Counted from the stretch's first letter, positions 14,740 through 33,089 are shown. The stretch: 64,000 nt of DNA from Utricularia gibba (GCA_002189035.1 NEEC01000007.1:3100001-3164000); one strand, 5' to 3'. The notes: a model not told the origin generated them from the letters alone. Translations and numbers: made by a program.

Positions 14740-15041
14740 TTCTCCGTCATACTCAATGTGAAATACTTTACAAAGTCATTAACCTTACATTCTACTTCTT
14801 TTAAATAGTACCTCGTCTTCCCACCATTGGACAATCCCGGGTTTCACTATGATACCAAATTTTACGATTTATTTTTTAATTGCATAATATTGTTCTCTTT
14901 GAGCATCAAACCCATATAGTTTTATCTTTTCTCATTTCATGAAAAAGATCTTATAAAAAATTAGGAAGTTCTCTATATTTAATCATGTATTTTTCTTCAT
15001 CTTAACCAATATGGGATATTTTCAAAGACCCCAGGTCTTAC
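14740..15041 (-). mobile_element. TRIM (terminal-repeat retrotransposon in miniature) remnant
   Basis: Minus strand: short repeat TGTAAGACC...AAGAGAACAATATTATGC (15041-14853), PBS TGGTATCATAGT (14852-14841), short internal part, purine tract AAAAGAAGTAGAA, second TGTAAGG start (about 14790). Confidence 0.55.
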
Positions 15042-16990
15042 ACAAATGATTTATATTTTCATAAATTTAAAAAAGATTAGAATTGCATCTTATTTCTTAA
15101 AAGCCGAAAATTGCAGTTTATAATTTTGGGAAAACACTTTTCAAAAAGGGATTAAATACTAAGAAGAAGTTGAATATGAAGAATTGTCAAATAAAAAGAA
15201 GGTCTAACATTTTTTGAACTATTTTAAAAAATTATTAATCATTTAAATTATTTTTCTTACTAGATCCAAGTAAAGCATGAGCCTAATAATATATATAATA
15301 ATCTTGTTGGATTTTTCCTAGTCGTGTCATTTCTGAAAAAATCATATCAACAGTTTAGAATTTGTGTTTTAATTTTTTAATGATATCATATTATTCATTA
15401 TTTTAATAATATGCATATATAGATCATTCTTTTAAGAGGTGCCAATATATTTTGGGAAGCCATTCATGATTCACATCTCTCGATTTTTTTTCATGGTATC
15501 ATATTATTATAATTTTAATAATATCATGTTCACACTTTTGACAAGACTTCTGCGATCGTAAAAATAATTGAAATTGAAAAAGAAAATAAACAAGTAAATT
15601 GTTTACGTAAAAAGAAAAGAAAAGAAAAGGGTAAGGGGTATCCAATGACCAAATTGAAATGAGATGACTACCACGTGATTTCGGATGAATCAATACTACA
15701 ATTTTCAACCACAAGGTTGAGTGAGATCTTTAAACCAAGGTTTTAAATTCAAAAAAAATTCTGAATGACGAATTCCGACCAAACGCTCGTTTTGTAATTT
15801 GAATGCGCGAGTCAAATTATGTTGAATACAATTAATTTTGAATTTATATTAATAAAATCAATTTAACAATATAAAACTGTTTTAGTGTAATGTACTGTTA
15901 TATTATTAAATTTAATAAAAAATATACAATAAAAAGTTTAACATATTAAACTATAGTTATATAATTTAATATTATAATATAAATATAATTTTTATGATAG
16001 ATAAAAACCGAATAGTATAATTTTCACATTTTTAAACCAAAGTTTTAAATTCAAAAAAATTTTGGATGATGGATTTCGACCAAAATATGGAATTGTGAAA
16101 AAATCTTGAGAGAATTTCGATCACTATTTTTAATTATAAATATGTGATTGTGTCCTATTTAGATGTTATATTAACACATTTATTGATTATTTATATGTAC
16201 TAATTAGTATCAAAAGATGATTTAAGAGAAACCTTAATACACTCAGTTTATATACAGTCCGTTTCGTAACTTGAGTTAAATATATTTTCTTGATCAATAC
16301 GAATGTTGAAAATAGAACCTAAATTTCAGATGAAATATTTTTTTTCGATCTTGATGAATACCACCGGTAAAACTGGGAGTTCCATCTGAATTTTCGCTTT
16401 AAACCTGTGGTAGGTCCAGACCGTGAAACGCCAATTTGGGGGTATTTTCTGGGCCTGAATGTGGGCTATTGTTCCAAACTTGGACCGAGCTGACTGAAGA
16501 TAGTCATATTGGGCCTGAGACAGCAGGCCCATTTGTGCAGTTCTGTCGGTTGTGTGATGATAACTGAAGTGATACCGGCGACAAAAGCAACGCTGGTCAA
16601 GAAGAGTCACCGTGAGGGTAGTGAGTGGGACTTGGCGATTGGAGCGGGCTGAGTTACGTGTGGCCGCCGGGGATTGGGTAGTGGGCAGTGGGGTATTTCC
16701 GCCGACTTACTTACGCAAAAAAGCGTCTTCAAAACCGCGTTGCTTTAGAAATGAAAAGAGAGAAGATAATCATTCGGGGGATTCTTCTTTTATGTGCTCG
16801 CTTGGAGCGAATGCAGCTGCTTTACTTTTCCTTTTCTCGAGGGCAGTACGGTTCGCTGAGAATACGGAACGTTTCTTGTGGGAAGGGGAATACGGAAGGT
16901 TGATATCTTGATCGGAGGTTTCTATAAATGGTACTCTGTGCACGGAAACAACACTCGTCTGACTGAGTTGTGATACCTTTTCAGGTGAGA

Positions 16991-22062
<5,072 letters not shown>

Positions 22063-22249
22063 ATACAAAATATTATTTATAAATCTTCTATACACTTTAT
22101 ATATTTTTTTCATTTCACTATCAAATTTCTCTTACTTCCTTGATATATTGTCTTATGCTGGACGTAATATTTATCTTCATTATTAAGTTTAACATACTTA
22201 CATTTACATTATTATTCCAAATTTTAATTTCCACTTCAACTTGCTCTTG

Positions 22250-22420
22250 CAAATTGATAGAGAAATTTGTAATTGCACTACTCATGGTATTTTCCAAATT
22301 GAAGTATTATTTCCAAGACCACACCATTATTATATTCACAAACATGCCATTGGAGCAAGTTCTCAAACAGTCAGAGTCCTTTGGATATTTGGAAACTTCG
22401 CAATGGAACTTAATATGACA
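22250..22420 (+). mobile_element. Ty3/gypsy (Tat-type) RNase H fragment
   Basis: IEKFVIALLMVFSKLKYYFQDHTIIIFTNMPLEQVL matches the RNase H segment at 50371-50574 (EKFILALKMTATKLKSCFQD). Confidence 0.65.
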
Positions 22421-24168
22421 TTTCATTTCAACACTAAATTAAATTATACAGTTGTGCAGATTGTTCATTCAATTTCTTGTCAGTATTACCTATTTTTCTT
22501 CTCCTAAGTTTGTGTTGCCCTCAAAATGCACGTATCTAAACCATATTTAATAACATTGTAAAGCCTAATTGTTTATTACCTTTACTACTGATCATTATCT
22601 AAGTGCTCAAAATAAGGCATTTCACATCAATAATAATTTTTTGGATATGGGTATCTTGAAAAATCTATTTACAAGTAAGATAATCATTAAAATATGGGAT
22701 GAGTGACAAAAACTTGAATATGAGTATTCTCTAGAGGAAGCTCATTTATATGAATATATTGAGTAGATGGTTAGGATGATGATATTGTTATAAAAAATGT
22801 TGATATAGATTTTAATTATGTTATCAGTTTGCTTTAGATATTAAGTAATCAAAGGAATAAAGTCCTTCATGTTGATCATATCATTCTTCTTTTATGATAA
22901 CATTGTTGTTGTGTTACCATTTCATTGTTGGACAATAGTTTTTTTAAAACAATATGATTAGATCCTCTAATTTTTACTATCCAACTTTTCTCTCTTTTTT
23001 TTACAAATTTGATGGACAAAAAACAATTAAACCTAATGATTTGACCAAACCAATTTGATAAGAAACAGTTAATTAAAAACACTTATGAATAGCAAATACA
23101 AGTTAAAATCAACTAATAGAAATAATATTTGCTCGTTACATTTTGATATTTAATACATCTTTTTATTAATTAAAATATTCTAATTTTCAATCAGGATTTC
23201 ACAAGTCATACCCCATGATTTGAATGAACCGATTGGATCATAGAACATCCATTAAAAACATAATTTTTTGTAGCTAGTAGGCTAGTATGAACAAAGAGAA
23301 TTTTTTAAAGTATAATCTAATTAAATCAAATGTATAATTTGAAATAAAATAATATTCCTCTTTACATTTACTTTTGATGTGAAGCTCATGGCCCTTTGAA
23401 ATTGTTTCTAAAATACCAAATTAATAGAAGACAAATGAAACAGAAAGTGGAGTAACGGTGAAATGTGATTGCTTATCTCACGAATCCGGTGGCCCCCTCA
23501 AATAAATACACTCTGCTCCAGTCTTAATCCGCGTAGCCTCTGGAGTTACGTTATCTTCTTTCTTAATGGGTTTCTTTAAACCTGAACTTTGACTTTCTTT
23601 TGCGGGTGATTGCAATGTTTTGAAACCCAAGCCATGCGGCTGTTTTCCTGTTGCTTCATGAAACTCTACGGTCCACCCGTCGTGGACGATTAACTGTCTT
23701 ACGGCTGCGGCGGCGGCGGCGATTGACGGCGTCTCGCTCCTACGGCTGCTACCGCAGTTAAATCTCTACTACGACTTCGGGATTGGTTTCGGTTGCGTGA
23801 GGCGTTTGTTTGTCTTGGAGACGAGCGAGCGCTTACTTCATTTTCTCCTTCTCTGATTTTTTTTTTTTTCCGGTCGCAACTCACGGTGTGGAGTTTGGAA
23901 GTGCGGTTCTATCGTCTCTTCGTTTTGTTTGTATGCTCGGTGGTTTCAGTTGCGAAAATTCGGGCTTTGGTGTTGTTGTGGTTGTGTACTCGGTGGATAT
24001 TGCTCGTGTTGCTTATTTCGCTTATTTCGCTTACATTTTGCTCTCAAATATATGTTTTTATGTGATCGAAATGTGTTTTCGTTGTGATGTTATTTCTTTT
24101 TTGGTACATTTCGTGATTGAGTAGCCTCCTGGCCTTAATTGCTGCATGTTTTTTTTTTTATAGGGTTC

Positions 24169-25621
24169 ATGATGATTGGATCTTTCATCGCAAAGGGGCT
24201 TCTGTATGTGCCATGCTTTCAGATATTGATTATTTTGACTGGCTAAGTTGCACAAAGAATTTTGATGTTGGAATAGAAGATCAGATTTCGCTGAATTACA
24301 TATTAAAACCGGATTGATGTTCCTTTTTTTGAAAATAGAAAATAAAAGTTGTGTTGATGCTGTCTTTGTATTTACGTGACTGATGAGCTCTCTTTTGTCT
24401 CTATCTTTTTACAGGCTCATCTTTGGCTATGCTTATCCAGCTTATCAGTGTTACAAGACAGTTGAATTGAATAGACCTGATGTCAATGAACTTCGTTTTT
24501 GGTGTCAATACTGGTGATCATTATATCCCCTGTAGATTTCATTGAATGCTAGATCTAACTTGGGTTGCCGGGGTGAGCTTGTTGCTACAATTCTCACAAA
24601 AAAGATGTCTTTGACAAATCAGAGAATTGATGGTGGATTCTTGCTCAAAATATAGAAGAAAACACTTGGAGCTAACCATTTATTCAACTTTCAGGATCCT
24701 TGTGGTTGGGCTGACGGTTCTTGAGAGAATAGTTGATGCTTTCATTAGCTGGTAAATGTGATTCTCTTTCATAGAGAGTACTCCTCTCTTTTGAGCATGT
24801 TCAATTTGACTCCCACCTTCTATAACATTTCTGTACAGGGTTCCCATGTATGGTGAAGCCAAATTGGCCTTCTTCATATACTTGTGGTTTCCAAAAACTA
24901 AGGTCTGTCATGACCTCGCTTTGGAACTGTTCCTAAAATGTTTGCTCTGCCTTCGCTGACCATTATATGACTCTAGGGAACGTCGTATATCTATGATTCA
25001 TTCGTCAGACCTTACCTTGCAAGGCATGAGGCAGAAATTGATCGGCATTTGTTAGAACTGCAAACGAGAGTGGGAGATTTGGTCATTGGTAACTATCTGA
25101 AGGTTGCTGTTTATGGTCAAACTAGAGTGTCCGACATTTTAAAGTACATCGTCTCACAATCAACCCAGGTATGTTCTTCTGTTGTGTTTGCAAAACACCC
25201 TAACTTGTTGATCGATGATTTTTAGCATCGAGTAACCTTGCTCCACTATTTCGCATTTATTCTGCAAATGCATCAGATGACTCGATTAGGAAATGAAGAT
25301 TGACACAAACTTCCTTAGCTCATTACTTTTGAAATGCAGCCACTGAATCAAGGAACAAGAGCCAAAACACCAGCGGTATCAGAATCAGAATCCTCAGCCC
25401 ATACTTCTAACTCTTCTAGGGAACAACCAGAGAGGACTGCAGAACAACAAGAACTCGTTGCAAATTCCAAACCAGAAGTTTCAGAGAGTAGTAGAGTTTC
25501 GGGTTCTAGTGGTGAACAAGCCTCCCCTGTAGATTTAGAAAAACCATCATCTCATTTTATCGTCCAGGAGGAAGCTTTACAGGCAAAGCTTAGGCAAAGA
25601 AGGGTAAACTCTGGTCGTTGA
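24169..25621 (+). CDS. HVA22: HVA22-like protein (TB2/DP1/HVA22, g/h/i/j-type), 6 coding exons, intact
   Basis: MMIGSFIAKGLL / LIFGYAYPAYQCYKTVE...LRFWCQYW / ILVVGLTVLERIVDAFISW / VPMYGEAKLAFFIYLWFPKTK / GTSYIYDSF...EIDRHL / low-complexity Ser/Glu tail; splice phases consistent throughout. Confidence 0.93.
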
Positions 25622-25769
25622 ATAAGCAAAACTGGATATGCATAGATTATTGTCACAAAACGCACATCCAAGACAAAGATGGAACAAAGACAACAGCTGC
25701 ACATGGGTGAGGTGAAGAAAAGACAGCCGATCAAATGCTGAAAAGTACTTCAGCACATGGGGACATTGT

Positions 25770-26960
25770 GTACGCAAGAAGGTCAAGACAACCATCAAAG
25801 ACTTCATACATTAAAGACTTTTCTTTGTATTATAGTTTAGTTTTTCAGAACCTTTTAGTTTCTATGTTTTCTCTTGGAGTTAGTAAACTCCAAAGAGATG
25901 AAGTCAGTGACACATCAACTCCAAGGGGAGCTTCATGACTGCTCTTGAAAGTTTTCCAGCTATTTCTACTTCTATCTAACTTTCAAATTCTGTGTTTTAT
26001 ATCTTAGTATTAGAGCTAATGGACGAAATCAAGAAATACTGGTCAATATGATGACTGACTTCAAAAAGGATGTTCTTGCGGATCTCAAAAACTAATTGAA
26101 TGCTAGGCTATCAGAACTAGAAATCCGAGTGGAAAAGGTAGAATCGATGGCTGAGAGTTCAAGAAAAACACCAAAACAAGGAAAGAGAAGCAAGTTTGCA
26201 TGACAAACTTGGTATGGGAAATCTCAAATTCGAAGTTCCAAGATACGATGGGGCCTCAACCAATTACGTTGGCTCAATCAATGTGATCATGCCTTCGAAT
26301 ATCACAACACCAGAGAAGAAAATAAATTCCAAGTCATTGCAACTCAACTGAAAGGTGTAGCACAAGACTGGTTCATTTGGTTGAAGCAGAATTACCCAAA
26401 TATTATTTGGTCAGACTTTAAGACCTAATACAATCTGCAATTTGGACCACGGAACTGTCTCTCTAAAATGGCAAGATTGGCGAAATTACAGATGGGAAGT
26501 GACTTGGAAGACTACCATACTCAATTTTTAGTAGTGGCCATCACGGTGAAGGATCTTATATTTGAAAATGAAATGCAGATTTATTAAAGTGGGTTACTAG
26601 AAGAATTGACTAATCACGTTTCCTTACAACACCCAATTAGCATGATGGATGCCATGAGCTTGGGATTGATGCTTCATAAGGAGGGAAGGGGAGGCCCTAG
26701 ATTGAAGAACTCCATATCACTAAATCAGGATGCATGAAGAGTCTATTATTAAAATAGTCTTCGAAACAACTAACTGCATTATGAGTTCTAAGTTATGCCT
26801 TTTGGCTTAACTAACCCACTAATTATGTTTCAGAGCTTGATGAACTCGGTCTTTCAACCCTACTTGCGAAAATTTGTGTTTGTGTTTTTTGATGACACCT
26901 TAATCTATAGCATAATAATGGAAGATCATATGAGACATTTGCAACTCATTTTTCAATTCC
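25770..26960 (+). mobile_element. Decayed Ty3/gypsy (chromovirus-like) element: LTR, PBS, gag, RT fragment
   Basis: LTR-like 25770-26005 (homologous to 55750-56040), PBS-like TAGTATTAGAGC about 26004, gag KFEVPRYDG...HAFEYHNT...AQDWFIWL, RT MPFGLTNP...FVFVFFDDTLIYS; abuts the CKI1-like stop codon. Confidence 0.8.
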
Positions 26961-26964
26961 TGTT

Positions 26965-29452
26965 TTACTTCCTTTTTTTTTCATCTAGCATAGAGAGAAG
27001 GGCCTCCTTTGTCAATGGTTTAGTGAGATAGCCATCGGCTCCAGCTTGAATCATCTTATCTATTGCACTCCCTGCATGATGAGCAGTCAATGCCAAAATT
27101 GGTGTATGAGCACCATAGGTTTCTTCTAATTTTCTTATCCTCTTTGTTGTTTCAATCCCATTCATTCCTTCCATCTGCATTTCATTATATTGAATCACCG
27201 ATCAGTAGCACACCAGGTAAAATATTATAAATAAAATAGTGATGGTTTCGTGTTATGTGTAGGTACCTCACAGTCCATTAGGATGCAGCTGAAAGGGACA
27301 TAAGTACACAATCCACCTTTGAGCATTGAAGAAACAAGTGCACAAGCCATTTCCCCACTTTCACATACAATTGTGCTGCCACCAAGCTTTTCAACAGTTG
27401 ATTTGGCTAACATTCTCCCAACGGCATTGTCATCAGCAACCAAGAATTTCTTCCCCTTCAGTGGGTTCATGTCATTAGCAACCTCAACTTCTTGTGTATC
27501 AACATTTTTGCTGCGTATTGTTTGAGAGGATTTGCCAACGTCTAACCTCTCACCCCTTCCCGTTGGAATCCCTCCAAATTCCTGCAAAAGACCAATTGCT
27601 TGATACAAGCGGGATCCATGAAGTGGTTTGGATATGACCAAATCAGACGGAGGCAATTTACCATCATTGATGCTGGGAAAAACATTGTCACTATTGCCTG
27701 TTATGTCACACCAGATGACTCTGCTGCACCAATCTTCAGGCAATCTTCAGGTAAGTCTCTTCTGAAATCAGCTAGAGTCATGTTTATGTCATGGAATTGC
27801 CCCATCCGTTTATCAATCACAATTAATATGAATTTTATCTTCCTCCAAGGTGAAGAATCAACGAATGCTCTGTCAGCAGCACCCAAGGGAGCTTCTACTG
27901 ACCTTTTCCATGAGGTAGCAAACACATCGCTCCTTGATTTGCTTGAACTGCCACTACTGGAAAGAGCAATTCCTTGCTTGATATTTTTCAGTATTTCAAA
28001 GAACTGATCACAGTTCACTGCATCTTGGACATTTATTTCTAGTCTCCGCATGAAGTTTACCAGCAGTGCGCTCCTTTTTTTTGTTCTGGATGAAGAGTAT
28101 TACTCGAGACCTTTCTCCTTTGCTATAATAGTTTTGAATGAGACATCTCCTGCTCCAGAAATAGGTAGAGTTGTATCCTCTATCTAATGTTGCTATTGAG
28201 CTGTGTGCTACTTCTGCCTCCATGAGTACACTAAATCTAATGCAGGTGCCATTTCCTCCACCTTCTATGTCAACGACCTCTATCTCTCCTCCCATTAAAC
28301 GAACCTGAATTCAAATCATACAGGGTTAGTGAGGCTTTTTATTAGTAGAAATTCTTGGTGTGCACCGATATGGCTAATTTGAAAGTGCATTTTAAATGCA
28401 GCATACCAGGGACTGAACGATTCCCAACCCAAGACCGGTGCCTTCTTGGCCTGTTTCTGACTCCTCGACTTGCACATAGTTTTCAAACACCATCTGTCTT
28501 CTCTCTTTGGGTATTCCGGTTCCTGTGTCGCTCACTTCAAACCAATACTCCAGCAAATTCGGATGTCTTTGAACCACCTTTGGATCATTATGCTGGTTTC
28601 TATCTCTCTGGGTTTGAACAGAGGGAGTGAGCTGGTTCTTGATTCTGTTTCATCTACTGCATTTATCCCGTAGTCAATCCTTGGTTTTCTAGCCCATCCT
28701 CTAACTGTGACATGCCCCTCTAAAGTGAATTTCACAGCATTGCTCAGTAAGTTTCCCAGGATTTGCTTTAGTTTGCGGCTATCTCCTTTGACGTGAGAGA
28801 GTTTGAGAAGAGAACCATCACCAGGATCTAGAATCACATCAATTCCTTCATGCCCATGGGGTGATAAAAATCAACCACGTCTTCTAGTAGTTCTTCCAAG
28901 GAAAACCTCTCCTCCACTAGCTGCATTTTCCCAGCTTCGATCCTACTGCTATCAAGAACAGATTTCAGTATTCCTGCATAATGAGCCACAATCACTTAAA
29001 CCGAAAATATGAGTTGAGATAAAGCAATCAACAACAGATGATAGACAGATAGTTAACCTGAAAGATCGCTGATGCAAGCTTCCATCAACTTGAGGTTGGC
29101 ATCTGTATCTGACCTGGAATAGGTACTCTGATACAATTGATGACGACAGAGCTCTGTTATACCATTCAGCGCTGTCAAGGAGGCGTGGATGTCATGGCTT
29201 GCTCTAGCAAAAGCAAGGCTCTTGTTCATGCTCTTCTTCTCGGATTGTTGAGTAGCTTCCATTTGTTTTATCAGAGCACTGCACAAAAGCTTCTCCCTTT
29301 TGGAAGCCCGAATTATGAAATGAAGTAATGTGCATAGAATCAGCACCACGAAGCCTGTGCCCAAGACCAGCAGCACGAGTCCCAGTTTGATGCCGCCGAA
29401 CAGCTTGGATAAAGATCTTCTTCTGTTTGGAACACCTGCTGCAAGTACCTGC
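26965..29452 (-). pseudogene. CKI1: CKI1-like hybrid histidine kinase (TM2-HisKA-HATPase-receiver), 5'-truncated and frameshifted
   Basis: LIKQMEATQQSEKKSMNKSLAFARASHDIH; RIEAGKMQL; GDSRKLKQILGNLLSNAVKFT; FEVSDTGTGIP...FENYVQV...GTGLGLGIVQSLV; receiver LVADDNAV...ILMDCE|MEGMNG...YLTKPL. Frame changes at about 28845, about 28600-28680 and about 28056; no N-terminal sensor exons found. Confidence 0.88.
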
Positions 29453-31200
29453 ATGGCATGGTGTTCTTCTTAGATACACGACTAGTAATTGTAATCGCCA
29501 TGCTCGGTGATAACCTTTGGGTTGTGGGCGGGCAATAGAAAAACCATGAACGCTCAGAAGCTTTAAGAAATAAATTTGACGAAAGCAGTATCTAACTTAC
29601 AGTATGCAAAACCCATGAACGCCCAGAAGCAATGCTCTGTAATCGCCGCATCTTATTCATCATTCAATGCCTAAAATCATAACATGGAATCAAACCCAGA
29701 GCTTCCTTCTCAGCCAAAATGAATGACGGAAACTAGAAAAATAAAGCAGGGATCAAACGGGAGGATTAACAAGTCTCTTTCTTCCTGTCAACGAGAAAGA
29801 TAAAATATAACTAGGAGAAGAGAAAATCCCAACTGCAGCCTGTTGCCATAATAGATTCATAGCAAATATGGAACAATTTCCAAAATCAACTCATAGCAAA
29901 TTATGGAAGTATTATCAAAATAAATTAACACAAAATTATAAAATATGCATTTAGCGAGATATTTTCAGCTTAATCGAGATTTAATTACAAAAATATGTTG
30001 CATATGATATGCATTCCACAACCAACAGATTTTGGTTTTTTATCCCATTTCTTTGGAGAGCGATCAACAAGATAAAAATTCAGGTAGACAATCAAGCAGT
30101 TAAATAATTAAGGTAAATTGATAATAAGAAAAGTGTAGGGTAAGAATGCAGCGAAGATGATATCATTGTCCTTGGGTAAAAATGAATTTACTTGATTGAT
30201 TTATTAGGAAAAAGTTTCATATAATTCTTACATAATCACTCTACCTACTTAATCCTGTTCGTAACTGGATTCGAATAAGATTGCTCTGCCACTCTTCGTT
30301 GGACGTTATGTAATCATTGATAACTCATAATATTAAGATGTAAAAAAGAGTCCTCAAGGACATTTTTATAACTTGCTCCCCATTGTTTTATTGTTATTTC
30401 TAATGTCTAAAAATTTGTTATAATTAATCCTCACTGTTTCAAAATAATGATAAAATTAGTTCGTACGAATTTAGAAAATCGGGAGATTAATTATGTCTGG
30501 TATTCAAACAATGAAAAACATAAACGTTTAAAATATAAAAATATAGTCACTAATTGTAAAGATTAATTATTCTCGATTTAATTATTTCTGCGTCTTGTTA
30601 TTCATTATTAATAGTTTTCACTGTTTTTATTTTTTCAACTTGTTTGTAAGGAATTCAACAATTTGTTTATTCAACACTTTATTTGGAATGGTTTATGATT
30701 AAATTCTGACAGTTAGGGATATTTTATTCGTCTGAATTAGGGGAGGTTTTCCATGTTTCCCATAAATGCTCCTGGTAATTTTTTAAGTTTGGAACACCAA
30801 GCATGACTACATAGTTTGGAATTTTGAAAAATGTTTTTTATATTTGAAATTATATAACACTCCATATTCTATATGTCAGATATTATGGATAAAAGTAAGA
30901 GTTTGAATGCTTTCATTTGAAAACGCATTCTTTTATTTTTATTTTTATTCTATACAGTAATATTTTAAAATTAAGTATTCAATTTCTTTTTAATTGATGG
31001 ATTGCTGCATTTTATCATATAAACTAGTTACTTAGTGAATTGGGTTGTAAAGTTTATTTATTGACCATTCTTGCGATTGTAATTTTGTGCATGGGATTGG
31101 CTGGTGAAGTATGATGTTTTACAGATTATGATTGAGGGATGGAAATATTGCATTTTTTGAAAAAAGGAATTAGTTGCCGTAAACTACCTCAACGGATCAC

Positions 31201-32280
31201 TGATAAGTGATTTTGTGTCACTTATATTTGTGTGTTTTGTGATTTTTCAGAACGAATTTGGAATAATTTGAAGGATTTTCGAGCTACTTTGATGGAGGCT
31301 AAGATTTGGTCTGTCCAGATAAAGACTCGGTCGAAGATTCTCGGATAAGATAAGATTTGTATCTTATCTTGGAGAAATTGGATCTCATCCTAGAAGATTT
31401 GTATCAAATCTTCAAAGATTCGGATAGAAGATATGATGCGAGCCCATCAAAAAAGCTTAATAAATCCCCACCATTATATAAAGATCCAAACGCGAAGAAC
31501 TAAGGGAGTCAAGGGTGGACGACCAGAGAGTCAATCTAGGGTTTAGAGTCGAGTCTAGTATGTTTTGGATTCCTTTCTCTTCGTTTTTCATCAACTTTTG
31601 TTGTTTAGAGTCAAGCATGCGCGTTTGAGCGCTTGCGGTTGAGGATTTGCTGTGAAGCCTTGCTTGCGCAAGTTATGTGCGTGTGATTGTCTTACCATGT
31701 TTTTCAGCATTTAATTTGAGGTCTGATTCTGTTTTTCGCAACGTTTTCTTTACCAACGTGATATTTAGTACCATATAGCTCTAAGAGAGTGTGGGAGAAT
31801 CAAAGGTTGGCCTCAAGCACCTAAAAAGAAGGGCTCAATTAGACATCGTTGGTAAGGTATATTCTGTCTAATCTGTCTGCGAGGTGAGAGGTGTAGGGGT
31901 TAGATTTGGGTGTGGGTAAAACATGGGTTATCACAAGATGTGAAATGGCTCTGGTGGCATGGTTGATTCCATAATCCCATAAAACAAGGGACAATGCTAT
32001 AATGGTCACCGAGTAGCACTATTTTAGCATAACACCCCAAAAGCTTGCGCAAGCAGGTCAATTCTCAAGGTTTGCACACACGCAAAGGCAAGTTTCAAGT
32101 AAGGTAGATCTTAGATCCAAGGCCACTTTTCTTATTCTCTTCAAAACTAAATCTTTCTTTTGTTTTCGGTCTTTTTGAATCTTTATTTGAAAAAAATATT
32201 CCAATAACAATTCCCTGTGGATAGGATCTTATTTTATTATTTCGACGATTTCTGTGCATTTGCAGAATTACCCTAAATCA
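31201..32280 (+). mobile_element. Solo LTR (same family as 2592-3719), no TSD
   Basis: TGATAAGTG...TAAATCA termini; extended homology to the reverse complement of 2592-3719; flanks ATCAC / CCTAG do not match. Confidence 0.8.
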
Positions 32281-32328
32281 CCTAGTGGGTGTATTGGGTA
32301 TTTGGCTGTTTTTAAAGTTGTACCTAAA

Positions 32329-33089
32329 TGATGCGTTTGGTTGATGGGTAATGTTTAAACCCAAGTTTAATTTATTTGAATTTAGATAAATGGATTATTT
32401 AGAAGATTATTTGTGTTTAGTTGATAGATTTATTTTATTTGGATTTAAAATGAAAACATGTTTAGTACGTATATATAAAATTAGATATATGATGAATATA
32501 TATTTAAAATTATGAATATACCCCTTTTAAAAAAACTGAGAATAGCGATGTTCAAATGAACACATGGTACTTTTAAGTTCGACCAAGCACTGGATACGTA
32601 TGTATGCAGTGCTTTTTCATGCCTTCATGGTAAAATTTGTCAATCCAATAAGCTCATATGACAAATCTTGTCAATATCCCTGTGAGCAGCTTTGGCAGCT
32701 TAAATCCATAGTAGTATGCCCAAATCCAGCAACCATGTGCATCACGTCATCAAAAATTCCCACCTAGAAAAAAGATTGTGAAATTGGCATAAAACTCAAG
32801 TCACCTAATAGAAGCTAATCTACTTAGCCAAATGAGTATACAATAGTGCATAAATCTGGAAACTTGACAACCAACAATAATGTAAGGGCAAAATTGGAAG
32901 GCATAACATGTGTTTATTTAAACTGACCACCACCCATCAGTTTAAGTAAACCAGGCTCAATGGGTTTGTATCAGGTATATAGGCAGTAGGCAGGTATATT
33001 TTTACCTACCTACAACCCACGTATCAAACTTGGGGTTTAATACTAAACCCACCTTGAAACCCACTTAATCAGTCTAACCAAATGCACCC
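32329..33089. mobile_element. PIF/Harbinger (Tourist)-like element containing a gene-like fragment
   Basis: Ends TGATGCGTTTGGTT / AACCAAATGCACCC, AAA on both flanks, shared subterminal AAACC(C)CAAGTTT in inverted orientation; interior 32540-32900 has exon/intron-like composition. Confidence 0.5.

Noticed and set aside
15729-16090. About 60-bp direct repeat 300 bp apart (TTTTAAACCAA.GTTTTAAATTC...)
   Set aside because: Probably ends of a small AT-rich transposon derivative; no TSD or family could be established.
29480-31200. Search for the CKI1 N-terminal exons or a Helitron
   Set aside because: No matching peptide on the minus strand and no clear Helitron termini; left unannotated.
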